This document shows, in pieces, positions 27,618-37,180 of a stretch of DNA of 64,000 bases. The DNA comes from Escherichia phage MN04. The stretch lies in the sequence record MT129654.1; one strand, given 5' to 3'. A program made the position numbers and the translations under genes. Within the stretch, counting starts at the first letter, position 1, and each line of letters begins with the position of its first letter. The notes under the pieces are model-generated. The model was not told the DNA's origin and searched no databases. It worked only from the letters and a program-made list of their open reading frames with translations.

Positions 27618-28373
27618 TTACGAAGTCACTGTTTGTTCGGCTACTAACAATGCAGAGGTTATTGTAAAGTTGCCGCCATTTGGCGTAACAGTTATAGCTG
27701 TACCATTGGTTGCCATTGGCCCATCTTTATCAATGCTAAAGAACGTCGTAAAAGACAAAATATCTGTAGCATTTTCTGGACGGTTCTGTATATAGGAGTT
27801 TCCGTTGGTTCCAACGAAATTTAATGTTATACTTCGAGCTTGCGAGACTCCTGTAAAATTACCAATAAGGTTGAGTTTAAACATTAGGCTTCTGTCTTGC
27901 TTATATGGCCACATCTTATCATCAGCGGTTCTAAAAAACGGAGATAGAGTCCCTGCTGTCGGCGGAATCCCCTTTAAAATACTAATTATGTTTGAAGCCG
28001 CACCATTAGTTAATAGAACGTTTATACCACTCCAAAACACTTCTGATTTTCTTCTCTTTCCTGCTGTTGCAGTCAAAAAATCATCTACTGTTCCACTATT
28101 ACCCTCATCAATCCATAATTGGTATGAAGACTTTCCTGGTTCACCTTGAACTCCCGGGTCGCCAGGATTTCCCGGGTCACCTTTATCACCTTTTTGTCCA
28201 GGAGGTCCTGGAATCTGGGTAACTGATTTTGACATCGTTTGAAAGAACCGTTCGCTGTTATCAGTTACGGTATTAGGAAGGACTACCGTTGAACCAAAAA
28301 GATGCCAGTTATCGTCTAATGCTAACTGGACCTTCTCGTTCAATTCATCGATGGTTTTTGCTGATAAAATCAT
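27618..28373 (-). CDS. collagen-like repeat protein, probable late structural or fibre-like protein (251 aa)
   Basis: Eight G-X-Y triplets PGPPGQKGDKGDPGNPGDPGVQGEPG then a Asn/Thr/Gly-rich C-terminal domain; strong SD AAGGAG and late promoter on the minus strand. Confidence 0.65.
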   Translation of the reverse strand: MILSAKTIDELNEKVQLALDDNWHLFGSTVVLPNTVTDNSERFFQTMSKSVTQIPGPPGQKGDKGDPGNPGDPGVQGEPGKSSYQLWIDEGNSGTVDDFLTATAGKRRKSEVFWSGINVLLTNGAASNIISILKGIPPTAGTLSPFFRTADDKMWPYKQDRSLMFKLNLIGNFTGVSQARSITLNFVGTNGNSYIQNRPENATDILSFTTFFSIDKDGPMATNGTAITVTPNGGNFTITSALLVAEQTVTS

Positions 28374-28395
28374 AAACCTTCTCCTTTAAATAAAA

Positions 28396-28403
28396 TATTT
28401 ATA
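28396..28403 (-). promoter_or_regulatory. late promoter TATAAATA (minus strand) for the collagen-like gene
   Basis: Plus-strand tatttata is TATAAATA on minus, about 22 nt upstream of ATG at 28373. Confidence 0.55.
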
Positions 28404-28409
28404 AAAGTA

Positions 28410-28450
28410 GTTTACACTTTCGTAGAGCATGTTATTATGGACCTATCAAA
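28410..28450 (+). promoter_or_regulatory. T4-type early promoter cassette
   Basis: GTTTAC 28410-28415, -10 TATTAT 28433-28438, then ggacctatcaaa. Confidence 0.55.
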
Positions 28451-28475
28451 TCTACTGAGTGAAACGGAGAATATA

Positions 28476-29456
28476 ATGTTAACTATCAAAATCAACAAAG
28501 GTATCTATCGCGGTAATGAAATCTCTGGTACGTTCATGAGTTCAGGTAAAACCTGGTTCCCTAATAAAATTCATGAATCCGAAGCTCATCTCGGTGATGG
28601 CAAGGTATTTGTACAGATTGATGGTGTTGAACGTGGTGTATGGGTGTTCAAATGTGACGTTGAAATGGAAGGTGTTGAAGCTCCTGCAATGGTTACTGAA
28701 TCCGCTGAAGAAATGAAACATCGCATCAACAAACGTTTTAAAGTAATGAACATGATGACTAACGGAATCATTGATGGTAAAATTCGTTCCCTTATCATCT
28801 CTGGTGCCGCAGGTATCGGTAAAACGTATTCTTTGGATAAAGCATTACAAAATGCCCACGAAAATGAAACTATCGAATATAAATCAATCAACGGAAAGAT
28901 TAGTGGAATCGGTCTTTACGAGCAGCTTTGGAATAACCGCGGCCCTAATAGTGTTCTTCTTATTGATGATGTTGATGTATTCTCTGACATGGATATCCTG
29001 AACCTTCTTAAAGCTGCATTGGATACCGGTGAGAAACGTAAGGTGTGCTGGAGCACTTCAAGTTCTTATCTCGATGATAAAAATATCGATAAAGAATTCG
29101 AATACGAAGGCACCATCGTGTTCATCACCAACGTTGATATTGATCGTGAATTAGAGCGTGGAACTAAACTTGCTCCACACCTCCAAGCTTTAGTATCTCG
29201 TTCAGTTTACTTAGACCTCGGAGTTCACTCGAATGAAGAGATTATGGTTCGTGTTGAAGACGTTATCCTGTCCACCGATATGATGCAAAACCGAGGTCTG
29301 ACTGATGCTGAGACTTATCAAGCTCTAGCATGGATGAAGGCCAATGTATCTCGTCTTCGTAACGTATCATTACGTACAGCTCTTTATCTGGCGGACTTCA
29401 TTGCCACCGATAAAAATGACTGGAGCGAAATCGCCGAAGTTACACTTCTGAAATAA
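28476..29456 (+). CDS. AAA+/P-loop ATPase (326 aa)
   Basis: Walker A GAAGIGKTYS and Walker B LLIDDVD; ATG 28476 with SD ggag. Confidence 0.6.
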   Translation: MLTIKINKGIYRGNEISGTFMSSGKTWFPNKIHESEAHLGDGKVFVQIDGVERGVWVFKCDVEMEGVEAPAMVTESAEEMKHRINKRFKVMNMMTNGIIDGKIRSLIISGAAGIGKTYSLDKALQNAHENETIEYKSINGKISGIGLYEQLWNNRGPNSVLLIDDVDVFSDMDILNLLKAALDTGEKRKVCWSTSSSYLDDKNIDKEFEYEGTIVFITNVDIDRELERGTKLAPHLQALVSRSVYLDLGVHSNEEIMVRVEDVILSTDMMQNRGLTDAETYQALAWMKANVSRLRNVSLRTALYLADFIATDKNDWSEIAEVTLLK

Positions 29457-29466
29457 AGGTGAAATT

Positions 29467-29808
29467 ATGTTCGAACAATTTATTTACAATCTTTTTAATG
29501 CAGGCCAAACTTTTTCCAAAGCCATGAAACAGTCCGTCGAGGACTATGATAAAGAAGTTATCGACGGATATACCAATAGAGTTTATAAAACGGATTGTGA
29601 AGAAGGAGACTACAGGAGACTGCTCTTGGCAGCGAAGACCCAAGCCTTAATAAATCTAGACCGTAAGCAGGTTAAGTTGGCAGGCGACTTCAGAGATGAA
29701 CTCTGTGCCATCAGGAACGAATACCTTATTCGTATTAAACACCAACGGAAAGAGAACACACAATCCGCCTGGTTTAGTGGGCAAGCCGGTGAAAAAAGTT
29801 TTTATTAG
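29467..29808 (+). CDS. hypothetical protein (113 aa)
   Basis: ORF with SD aaggtg. Confidence 0.45.
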   Translation: MFEQFIYNLFNAGQTFSKAMKQSVEDYDKEVIDGYTNRVYKTDCEEGDYRRLLLAAKTQALINLDRKQVKLAGDFRDELCAIRNEYLIRIKHQRKENTQSAWFSGQAGEKSFY

Positions 29809-29810
29809 TT

Positions 29811-29855
29811 GTTTACATCTCCAGTAGAAATGATACTATAGACCTATCAACTACT
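29811..29855 (+). promoter_or_regulatory. T4-type early promoter cassette
   Basis: GTTTAC 29811-29816; inverted repeat ctccagtag/ctactggag flanks the core gatactatagacctatcaa. Confidence 0.6.
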
Positions 29856-29865
29856 GGAGGTTATC

Positions 29866-30390
29866 ATGAACGCTAAAGATATTTTTTCATTGATTAATTT
29901 TAACAATGGTAATTTCAAATCTGAAAAACAAAGCAAGTTCTTTAACGACGTTGCTTGTGGTAATGAGATTACCGTATCTGGAGGAGAGATTTACAAAAGC
30001 CGTTGGAACTGGATTGCTATCATCGATTCAGTTGGTATTGTAGAGCTCTATAAAAACACCAACAAAAAACGTACTCTTCACTGGAGTCGTGAAACCAACC
30101 AAGCTTATCAAGCTGAGCGTAATAAACGTTTAATGCCTACTGAATCTGACCTGGCAAACGTTAAATCAGATATCGCTTATTTTGATAACTTGATTGCCGA
30201 ACAACAAGCGGTTATTGATAAGTTTGACGAAATCAAAGCTTGTAAAGAGATTCCTGAATTCATGCGGGAATCAGTAAACGAACAGTACGCCCTCACTTCA
30301 GGTCGTATTGAGCAGTACAAATCACAACGAGCTGAACGCCAAGCTCTGCTTCAGAAATTTGAAGAGCGTTTAAAGACGGTTCTCGCATAA
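29866..30390 (+). CDS. hypothetical protein with C-terminal coiled coil (174 aa)
   Basis: ORF with SD ggaggt. Confidence 0.5.
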   Translation: MNAKDIFSLINFNNGNFKSEKQSKFFNDVACGNEITVSGGEIYKSRWNWIAIIDSVGIVELYKNTNKKRTLHWSRETNQAYQAERNKRLMPTESDLANVKSDIAYFDNLIAEQQAVIDKFDEIKACKEIPEFMRESVNEQYALTSGRIEQYKSQRAERQALLQKFEERLKTVLA

Positions 30391-30416
30391 ACGCTTTATA
30401 CCAAGGATGGTATAAT
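30389..30416 (+). promoter_or_regulatory. candidate MotA-dependent middle promoter
   Basis: MotA-box-like aaCGCTTTA then TATAAT 12-13 nt downstream; no -35 hexamer. Confidence 0.45.
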
Positions 30417-30453
30417 GGTTCTAGGTTCTTAATTACTTACTGAGGAAATTATT

Positions 30454-31299
30454 ATGTCACAAGCAATTAATCAAATTCGTTCTGAAGTTAAAAAAGTTGT
30501 TAAATTTGGTCGTATTCCGAGTTCTAAAGAAGTGGTTGAAAAGGTCCTATATATGATGTGGGACAAGTTCAACGTTTGTACTGTTAAAGATGACTTCACT
30601 AAAATCTTTGACAAGACTAAAGGTTCGTTTACGTTAGAAGACCGAGTCATGAAAACTCTTCGTAAAACAGGTATGTTGTCTCGTGCTAATGCCAAAATTA
30701 TTCTTAAAAATTATAACAAAGGCTACGACCTCTATGGTCGTTTAATCCCGGCGATGACATTTGATGAAGTTGTTAAAGACCTTAATACTAATCAACGTCG
30801 TCTACTGGCCCTTGGTGCTCGCCTTGCAAAAGGTCAAGATAAACAAATGACCTTTAAAACCAATGGTTCAGGCGATTGGATTATCTTTAATATTGTTAAC
30901 CATCCAAGAAATGAAAACGAGTATACTATTTCCCATTACAGTGGGTGTCAATATGACAACTGGAAGTTCCATCTCCGATTAGCCCTGTCTGAATTAGAAC
31001 AGCACGGTGTTCTTAGTTTTGGTGATGCTGAAACTGGAATGGGTCAGCGTATTAAACTTTATAAAATTAAAGACCTGGCTGAAGAGCATTCAGAACAAGC
31101 TCCTAAAATGGAACCTGTACCAGTGCGCAGCAATGAGAAACATCAAGCCCAGATTGAGTATTTTAGCAATTTGCTTACTTGCTTGAATGTTACAATCCAA
31201 CAACAAGATGATGAGATTTTCCGACTCTCTGGTCTGAATGCCAAAGCTAAGGCTGAACGCCAGAAATATATCGATATCCTAAATCTTCTTAAGGATTAA
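30454..31299 (+). CDS. hypothetical protein (281 aa)
   Basis: Conserved initiation region ctgaggaaattattatgtcacaagc. Confidence 0.55.
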   Translation: MSQAINQIRSEVKKVVKFGRIPSSKEVVEKVLYMMWDKFNVCTVKDDFTKIFDKTKGSFTLEDRVMKTLRKTGMLSRANAKIILKNYNKGYDLYGRLIPAMTFDEVVKDLNTNQRRLLALGARLAKGQDKQMTFKTNGSGDWIIFNIVNHPRNENEYTISHYSGCQYDNWKFHLRLALSELEQHGVLSFGDAETGMGQRIKLYKIKDLAEEHSEQAPKMEPVPVRSNEKHQAQIEYFSNLLTCLNVTIQQQDDEIFRLSGLNAKAKAERQKYIDILNLLKD

Positions 31300-31383
31300 T
31301 TATGGAATGGCTCACTGTTCTTGGTTATGTAATCGTAGCCACGGGTGTTCTGTGGCTAATTTTCTCAAACATTATAGGTTAAT

Positions 31384-31599
31384 ATGGAAATCTTAGGTTT
31401 TATTCTCCTTTACTTTGTGCTAGGATTTATGACGACCTTTATCATTCATAAATCGGGTGATTGGAATCCAATCGAAATTGAATCAAGCTATGATGCAGTA
31501 TTCATTACACTAGTATGGCCTATGTTTTGGATAGTGGGCATTATAATGTGTATCGCATGGCCTTTCGCTAAATTCTATGAAAAATTATTTGGACTTTAA
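31384..31599 (+). CDS. membrane protein (71 aa)
   Basis: Two hydrophobic helices. Confidence 0.45.
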   Translation: MEILGFILLYFVLGFMTTFIIHKSGDWNPIEIESSYDAVFITLVWPMFWIVGIIMCIAWPFAKFYEKLFGL

Positions 31600-32482
31600 T
31601 ATGAACATTAAAACACGTAAAGAATATTCTATATATGACCATGACACGACTCGTCGTATCGCTATTGACCGGCTGGCCGACTTTGGTTATATTTGTAATG
31701 GTAATTATACTTATGGTGTAGGCCATAAAGGAACTTATATCGGTTCTTTGAACGATTATTGCCGTTGCCCAGCCCACCTGTTTGGTGCAACATTGCGAGC
31801 TAATATCAAAGACCTCTTGGCTACTGCAGGACGTATTTCTACGGTTCCTGTTAATATCAAAAGTATTAATTTTACGGCTCGTAACCTGGTCATTAATATT
31901 CTGGCTGAGGGTATTCAAGTTCGTTTCCGTCCTACCTCAAAAGGTAATAAGGCCCTTCGTGAAGCATTCGAAACCTTATTCAGAGAAGCAATGACTCGTA
32001 TTAAGGCCGTAGAATCATATAAAGTTACAACCGATGAATATGCTGATTGTTCTGGGCGAGCCGATGCGGTGTATTTTAATGTTAAACTAACTCGTGAATA
32101 TCTTTTGTCTTATGCCCCTTACCAATCCCAACAAAAGGACCCACAAATGGAACGTCGTATATCTATCGCTACCTCCACAGTATCATGTGACAGCGTAGGC
32201 CAGTATGCAGCCTATGACAAATTCAAAACCACGGCTGTGCCTAGTCCATTCAATTCCGAACCGTATCATTGGAAAATTAAACCCGATAATTCTTTGGTTG
32301 TTACTAACCCTACGATGAAACCTATTGAGACCTATTATGCAGATAGCATTCAGGAATCAATCCACCGTTTAAATGGTCAGATTGAAGATGAGAAAAAGAG
32401 TATTCAAGACGTATTGATTCGCATCAAGAATATGGAAAACCAGCGTGACAAGCTCAGCGCGGCCCTATTAGCTCTAAAATAG
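31577..32482 (+). CDS. hypothetical protein (301 aa; alternative start ATG 31601 gives 293 aa)
   Basis: ORF track; C-terminal coiled coil. Confidence 0.5.
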   Translation: MKNYLDFNMNIKTRKEYSIYDHDTTRRIAIDRLADFGYICNGNYTYGVGHKGTYIGSLNDYCRCPAHLFGATLRANIKDLLATAGRISTVPVNIKSINFTARNLVINILAEGIQVRFRPTSKGNKALREAFETLFREAMTRIKAVESYKVTTDEYADCSGRADAVYFNVKLTREYLLSYAPYQSQQKDPQMERRISIATSTVSCDSVGQYAAYDKFKTTAVPSPFNSEPYHWKIKPDNSLVVTNPTMKPIETYYADSIQESIHRLNGQIEDEKKSIQDVLIRIKNMENQRDKLSAALLALK

Positions 32483-32483
32483 T

Positions 32484-32520
32484 GTTTACATCCAAGGACG
32501 GATGGAGTATAATCCTTTTA
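32484..32520 (+). promoter_or_regulatory. T4-type early promoter
   Basis: GTTTAC 32484-32489, TATAAT 32508-32513. Confidence 0.6.
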
Positions 32521-32541
32521 TCAACTACTGAGGAGAATATC

Positions 32542-33552
32542 ATGACCCGTACTGAATACATTAATGCCTTTACTACGTATATCACTGCCAACACCCCTCC
32601 ATTAACCCCATATGTGGTAATAGTTTCTAATATCAATAAATGGGTCGACCAAATTGATGATGCATTATCGCGCTGTTTCAAAGCTGAAATCGAAAAGATA
32701 GCGGGTCGTTTGTTTATTCCTGATATCGTAGATACATTTAAAGGTTCTCGACTGCTTTCTCGACTGGTCAATAAGGACATCCTTTCTGAGTTCGGTAAAG
32801 AGAAATATCCGGGTTCTAGCCATGTTGTTAGCTACAAATGGTTTGGTGATACCATAAAAGATTATGTCAAAATTAAAGGTATGGACCCTAGTAGTTTATT
32901 TCCGCAACGTTGGGTTAGCGAATTCAAGGCTAACTCTGCATTAATTCTCAAAGCGGCCTCTAAAACTATAGTTTCCGGTGATTGTCGTACTATTCACCCG
33001 ATGGCTAATTGCATGATTAAAACAAATAGTTATAAAGGAAAAGCTATTATTTCTGTTATTTGGTCACCTAATAGGAAACCTAAAGATGATGCGGAAGTTG
33101 TAAAGTATCAAGATATTGCTTACGATACCTTGAATACTATCGAACAAGCCTTAGCTTTGATGAATACAGTAGAGAAATATGAGACCCAAGAAGTTAAACA
33201 CCACTTAGGCTGGAAAGGATATGAAGTTTTAGTAACAGTTCGCGAAATCAAATACCCTGTTCTAAAAACTGACGCTGAAATTTACCAAGAAAAATGTGAG
33301 GAAATTGTGAATACTGATAAAGAGCCTGCTACATTAGAAGACTTGATTAACGACTTGAACAGCCCTATCATGGCCCATACACCAATTACTAAATCCAAGT
33401 TACCGGAAATCGTTGCCTTAGAAAAAGCGTATAAAGATGCCTTGGCTATTAACAAAAAACTGACTGGCCAATATACTGCTGCCAAGAAACTTTGGGAAGA
33501 GTCTACCAATCGTTTAGACCGTCTTGAACAAGCCCTGGAGCTGTTGAAATGA
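32542..33552 (+). CDS. hypothetical protein (336 aa)
   Basis: ATG 32542 with SD gaggag; C-terminal coiled coil. Confidence 0.55.
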   Translation: MTRTEYINAFTTYITANTPPLTPYVVIVSNINKWVDQIDDALSRCFKAEIEKIAGRLFIPDIVDTFKGSRLLSRLVNKDILSEFGKEKYPGSSHVVSYKWFGDTIKDYVKIKGMDPSSLFPQRWVSEFKANSALILKAASKTIVSGDCRTIHPMANCMIKTNSYKGKAIISVIWSPNRKPKDDAEVVKYQDIAYDTLNTIEQALALMNTVEKYETQEVKHHLGWKGYEVLVTVREIKYPVLKTDAEIYQEKCEEIVNTDKEPATLEDLINDLNSPIMAHTPITKSKLPEIVALEKAYKDALAINKKLTGQYTAAKKLWEESTNRLDRLEQALELLK

Positions 33553-33770
33553 AATACCAATTAGCTGACGATATTGACCAAACTATTCCTGATTGGAATG
33601 CTGTTATTAAAATTGTCGAACGCCGTGAAAAAGCTTCTAAGAATGTTCCGAACTGTCCGGAATGTGGTACTGAACAGGTTCAGTTAGTCCAATGGCGACA
33701 TAATCCGCTTCAGTACAAATGCCGACATTGTAAGCACAAATTTGAGCGAGATGAAAATGGCAAAGCGTAA
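33549..33770 (+). CDS. zinc-ribbon protein (73 aa)
   Basis: CPECG...CRHCKH pair of CxxC motifs; ATGA coupling. Confidence 0.5.
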   Translation: MKYQLADDIDQTIPDWNAVIKIVERREKASKNVPNCPECGTEQVQLVQWRHNPLQYKCRHCKHKFERDENGKA

Positions 33771-33993
33771 AGAATATGTAGAGGCTGCCGATAAGGCAGT
33801 CCGCGAACTCACCGTAGCTTATTATAAAGAGCATGGTAAATTCCCGGACAGTTATTCAGTATTGAAATCTGCTTTAACTCGTTCGTATAATAATATACTA
33901 TCTGATGTGTATGATTTAAAATACGAACACCTAGAAAAATATGGAACGGAACTTGACCGTTCTGAAGCATTCAAACAAGTATTAGGAATTTAA
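33742..33993 (+). CDS. hypothetical protein (83 aa)
   Basis: Overlapping ORF. Confidence 0.45.
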   Translation: MSEMKMAKRKEYVEAADKAVRELTVAYYKEHGKFPDSYSVLKSALTRSYNNILSDVYDLKYEHLEKYGTELDRSEAFKQVLGI

Positions 33994-33994
33994 A

Positions 33995-34258
33995 ATGTTT
34001 AAAGTTTATGGGTATGATTCAAATATTCACCGTTGTGTTTTCTGTGATAATGCTAAACGACTACTTGATGTTAAGAAACAACCTTACGAATTCATTAACG
34101 TGATGCCGGAAAAAGGTGTATTTGATGATGAGAAGATTGCTGAACTCTTGGCTGCACTTGGTCGTGAATCTCAAGTAGGTTTGACTATGCCTCAGGTATT
34201 TGCTCCTGATGGAACTTCTATTGGTGGCTTTGACCAACTGCGAGCATATTTCAAATGA
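33995..34258 (+). CDS. nrdC: thioredoxin/glutaredoxin NrdC (87 aa)
   Basis: MFKVYGYDSNIHRCVFCDNAKRLL...MPQVFAPDGTSIGGFDQLRAYFK closely matches remembered T4 NrdC. Confidence 0.9.
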   Translation: MFKVYGYDSNIHRCVFCDNAKRLLDVKKQPYEFINVMPEKGVFDDEKIAELLAALGRESQVGLTMPQVFAPDGTSIGGFDQLRAYFK

Positions 34259-34416
34259 TTGAATTATTGTTGGGTGTTTTGTATCTTATCATCGGCATTG
34301 GTTATGCTAAGACTCTAGCTAAATTAGATGATTCCGGTGACTTTTGTTCGTGGCTGACGTCTATGATTTGTTGGCCTTTATTTCTGGTTGGTGCTTCATT
34401 CTGGAACTTTAAATGA
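34255..34416 (+). CDS. small membrane protein (53 aa)
   Basis: ATGA-coupled at both ends; hydrophobic; under the ORF-track size cutoff. Confidence 0.4.
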   Translation: MIELLLGVLYLIIGIGYAKTLAKLDDSGDFCSWLTSMICWPLFLVGASFWNFK

Positions 34417-34601
34417 CTGAATTTGATATGGCTTATGGAACCTGCGCAAGAGAGTTTGCAAGTGAGTTTGATACTCCCGCGCCTAGTAAAGAAACCGTAT
34501 TGGCAAATCTCCCGGATTGGTTAAAAGAAGAAGCCACTGAATGGGGTTGGACTGATACTTGTGTACGTGACCAGCTATTTGAATTTATGGTGGAATTATG
34601 A
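34413..34601 (+). CDS. hypothetical protein (62 aa)
   Basis: Coupled ORF. Confidence 0.45.
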   Translation: MTEFDMAYGTCAREFASEFDTPAPSKETVLANLPDWLKEEATEWGWTDTCVRDQLFEFMVEL

Positions 34602-34906
34602 TTGAATTAAACGAACAGACCATTTTTCTAGGTGATGGCACCGAAGATGACCTAGAATATAAACTATACGAATATATGGTTTGGTTGGCTAAAGCAGAAG
34701 GTATTGACTTTGTTGTGGCTAATCCGTATGGTGAGAATACTGTTGTAATCGGTGACATTGCTTATGAAGTCCAATGGCAATACGTTGGGCTTGAATCTGA
34801 AGAATTTGAAGAAGATGAACATGGCGATTGGCATCCGGTTGGTCCTTGGTACTGGGACGACGGTGAGCCTGATTTTGAAGTATCAAGCTATTGGAGTGAC
34901 CAATGA
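34598..34906 (+). CDS. hypothetical acidic protein (102 aa)
   Basis: ATGA-coupled ORF. Confidence 0.45.
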   Translation: MIELNEQTIFLGDGTEDDLEYKLYEYMVWLAKAEGIDFVVANPYGENTVVIGDIAYEVQWQYVGLESEEFEEDEHGDWHPVGPWYWDDGEPDFEVSSYWSDQ

Positions 34907-35223
34907 CTATTGAAAATGAATTAGATGTTGATGCTGTTTTAAGCGAAATCATTGAAGACCATGATGCGTTTACTGAATCATACGAGTTTGAATTTTCGGA
35001 CTACCTGGTTCCGGTTGAATTAGGCGAATGGACACAAACCGGCAAATACCAATATCGCCAGGCAATTTATTTCAGCAAAAAACATAATGTGCATGTGGCT
35101 GTAAACGAAACTCGTACCGGCTCTTATCATACCGACTGGGACCATATGGTCCCGACTGTTGAACTGGTTAAGCTCCAAGAACGTGTCGTAACCCAAACTA
35201 TCCGAGAATGGATTACGCTATAA
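34903..35223 (+). CDS. hypothetical protein (106 aa)
   Basis: ATGA-coupled ORF. Confidence 0.45.
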   Translation: MTIENELDVDAVLSEIIEDHDAFTESYEFEFSDYLVPVELGEWTQTGKYQYRQAIYFSKKHNVHVAVNETRTGSYHTDWDHMVPTVELVKLQERVVTQTIREWITL

Positions 35224-35340
35224 AACCATGGTATACCGCTCGATGGGAAACCGTCGAGCCAGAGGAACCGGTTTACAACGATTCCGAAATAGAGTATAAT
35301 GAACCTTCAAACAATGATTTAATCGATATGGAGTTTGGAT

Positions 35341-35514
35341 ATGAGTACCAAAATTGAAATTGGCCGTCATAAAGGCCGTCTGATTGAACATTCGCTTTAC
35401 GAGTTATCGGATTCAGGTTCTTTACCTGACCTAGAGTCTGATTTGATTAAAGCTGCAGCCGATTATATCCATTGGCTTGAAGCGCAACTCCGCTTTGCTG
35501 ATAAGGCGTTCTGA
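35341..35514 (+). CDS. small protein (57 aa)
   Basis: ATG 35341; stop overlaps next ATG; under the ORF-track cutoff. Confidence 0.4.
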   Translation: MSTKIEIGRHKGRLIEHSLYELSDSGSLPDLESDLIKAAADYIHWLEAQLRFADKAF

Positions 35515-35699
35515 TGAAAACTGTATTAGTCTATACTGAAAAGTTAAATGGCGACAAGGTATGGAAACTTCTTATCAAAGGAAGTCCTAATGACCAGTTT
35601 ATGGCTACCTGCGTAGGATTATACACTCGTCCTACCAAAAAGATGATTCGTCAATTTAAACGGTTACACCGTATGTTTTACGGTACATTTGAAAAATAA
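35514..35699 (+). CDS. hypothetical protein (61 aa)
   Basis: Coupled ORF. Confidence 0.45.
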   Translation: MKTVLVYTEKLNGDKVWKLLIKGSPNDQFMATCVGLYTRPTKKMIRQFKRLHRMFYGTFEK

Positions 35700-35703
35700 T
35701 AAA

Positions 35704-35730
35704 TACCCTTATCTAATAATGGTAAGGGTT
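35704..35730 (+). promoter_or_regulatory. hairpin immediately upstream of gene 49 (possible translational control or terminator)
   Basis: Inverted repeat accctta/taagggt 5 nt before ATG 35735; T4 gene 49 is known to be regulated by RNA structure. Confidence 0.4.
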
Positions 35731-35734
35731 TATT

Positions 35735-36208
35735 ATGTTGTTGACCGGCAAATTATACAAAGAAGAAAAACAAAAACTTTATGATGCACAATGTGGTAAG
35801 TGTTTGATTTGTAAACGTGAATTAAACCCTGATGTTCAAAGTAACCACCTTGACCACGACCATGAATTGAGCGGGCCAAAAGCTGGTAAGGTTCGTGGTT
35901 TACTATGTAACCTGTGCAATGCTGCAGAAGGACAAATGAAGCATAAGTTCAACCGTTCTGGTCTTAAAGGTCAAAACGTTGACTACCTCGAATGGTTAGA
36001 GAATTTGCTGGTCTATCTGAAATCTGATTACACTGAAAACAATATCCATCCTAATTTCGTTCCTGATAAAACCAAAGAGTTCAGTAGATTAGGTAAGGAA
36101 GAAATGATTGCTGAAATGCTTTCGCATGGAATGACTTATAATGAATCTGACACAAAGAAACAAATGGTCGATTCATTTAAAAAACAACTGAGGAAATCGC
36201 TTAAATGA
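35735..36208 (+). CDS. 49: endonuclease VII, Holliday-junction resolvase gp49 (157 aa)
   Basis: MLLTGKLYKEEKQKLYDAQCGKCLICKRELNPDVQSNHLDHDHE... near-identical in pattern to remembered T4 gp49. Confidence 0.92.
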   Translation: MLLTGKLYKEEKQKLYDAQCGKCLICKRELNPDVQSNHLDHDHELSGPKAGKVRGLLCNLCNAAEGQMKHKFNRSGLKGQNVDYLEWLENLLVYLKSDYTENNIHPNFVPDKTKEFSRLGKEEMIAEMLSHGMTYNESDTKKQMVDSFKKQLRKSLK

Positions 36209-36302
36209 TTAATTTTTATGCCTTAACCGAATCTATGAATGATATTATCCGGCGCATGGGTGTTGAGTATCCTGCTCAATGGTTATTTGTTGTAACTAAT
36301 AC

Positions 36303-36530
36303 ATGGACTATCGTATGAATAAATTTCGTAATGCTGCTTCTGATATCCTGGCCAATATTACATTTGTCCTGTTTATTGTGTGCCTTTTAATCCTGGTTAT
36401 CCCATTTGGATTGCTGTTTGTAATGATTGGTGCGCTGAGTACTGAAAAGGGTCTTGAAGGGTCTGAGTTCGAAAAACGAATCCAGGCTGTGCATAGTGTT
36501 ATTGCTAAAATGATGAAGGTGAAAGAATGA
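36303..36530 (+). CDS. membrane protein (75 aa)
   Basis: Hydrophobic ORF. Confidence 0.45.
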   Translation: MDYRMNKFRNAASDILANITFVLFIVCLLILVIPFGLLFVMIGALSTEKGLEGSEFEKRIQAVHSVIAKMMKVKE

Positions 36531-36823
36531 AACGTTTTGAAGAGTATGTAGCTACTGATTGGGCGGCTTGGGACAAGTTTGGCCAAGAATGGTACTTCCA
36601 TGACTGTGACCTGAACCCGGAATTCTTTATCGGTAAGGAAGATGACCTTAAAGATATCTATGCTCTGTCAGAGATTCACGGTATTAAACCTACCGTCTAC
36701 TTCTCTTTTGATGATATGGGATTCCTTATCCAGATTTACATCCCGTATGGAACTAATGAAGACGAAGTTATCAAAACTTGGGACTACCAAGGAGTTATTT
36801 CCTGTGGACCAAAAGTTAACTAA
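36527..36823 (+). CDS. hypothetical protein (98 aa)
   Basis: ATGA-coupled ORF. Confidence 0.5.
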   Translation: MKRFEEYVATDWAAWDKFGQEWYFHDCDLNPEFFIGKEDDLKDIYALSEIHGIKPTVYFSFDDMGFLIQIYIPYGTNEDEVIKTWDYQGVISCGPKVN

Positions 36824-37121
36824 AATTGAGATTTATGGTATCCCTGAGACAGTCATGCGCTGTCCAGGGTGCATTGCAGTTCTATCGCTCCTAAATTCCC
36901 TTTCTATCCCACATACTTTCTATCCTGTGATTAACCAGACGCCGTCAGGCGCAGTATATGACAAGCCTCTTATAGTATCATTGGCCAAACGTGCTGGCTT
37001 CAAGAGCTTAGCTATACGCTATCCTGTAATCTTTGTTGATAATAAGAAAATAGAAAATATTCCTGCCTTCAAATCCCTTTTGATTGAGCTTGGCTATGAC
37101 CGAGATTTAATTGAAGATTAG
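36804..37121 (+). CDS. glutaredoxin/thioredoxin-fold protein (NrdH/NrdC-like, about 105 aa, probable GTG start)
   Basis: IEIYGIPETVMRCPGC...YPVIFVDNKKI...FKSLLIELG; GTG 36804 preceded by SD ccaaggag; no in-frame ATG before the CxxC motif. Confidence 0.5.
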   Translation: MDQKLTKIEIYGIPETVMRCPGCIAVLSLLNSLSIPHTFYPVINQTPSGAVYDKPLIVSLAKRAGFKSLAIRYPVIFVDNKKIENIPAFKSLLIELGYDRDLIED

Positions 37122-37122
37122 T

Positions 37123-37165
37123 ATTTACTTCCTCTCCTCATGTGTTATAGTCTATCCTATCAACA
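37123..37165 (+). promoter_or_regulatory. early promoter variant with long hairpin
   Basis: ATTTAC -35, TATAGT -10, inverted repeat cctcatgtgtt/aacacatgagg, cctatcaa core. Confidence 0.45.
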
Positions 37166-37180
37166 CATGAGGAGAACATT

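Noticed and set aside
28437-28475. Track start of the AAA+ ATPase at 28437
   Set aside because: That ATG lies inside the promoter cassette (tattatggacctatcaaa); ATG 28476 has an SD.
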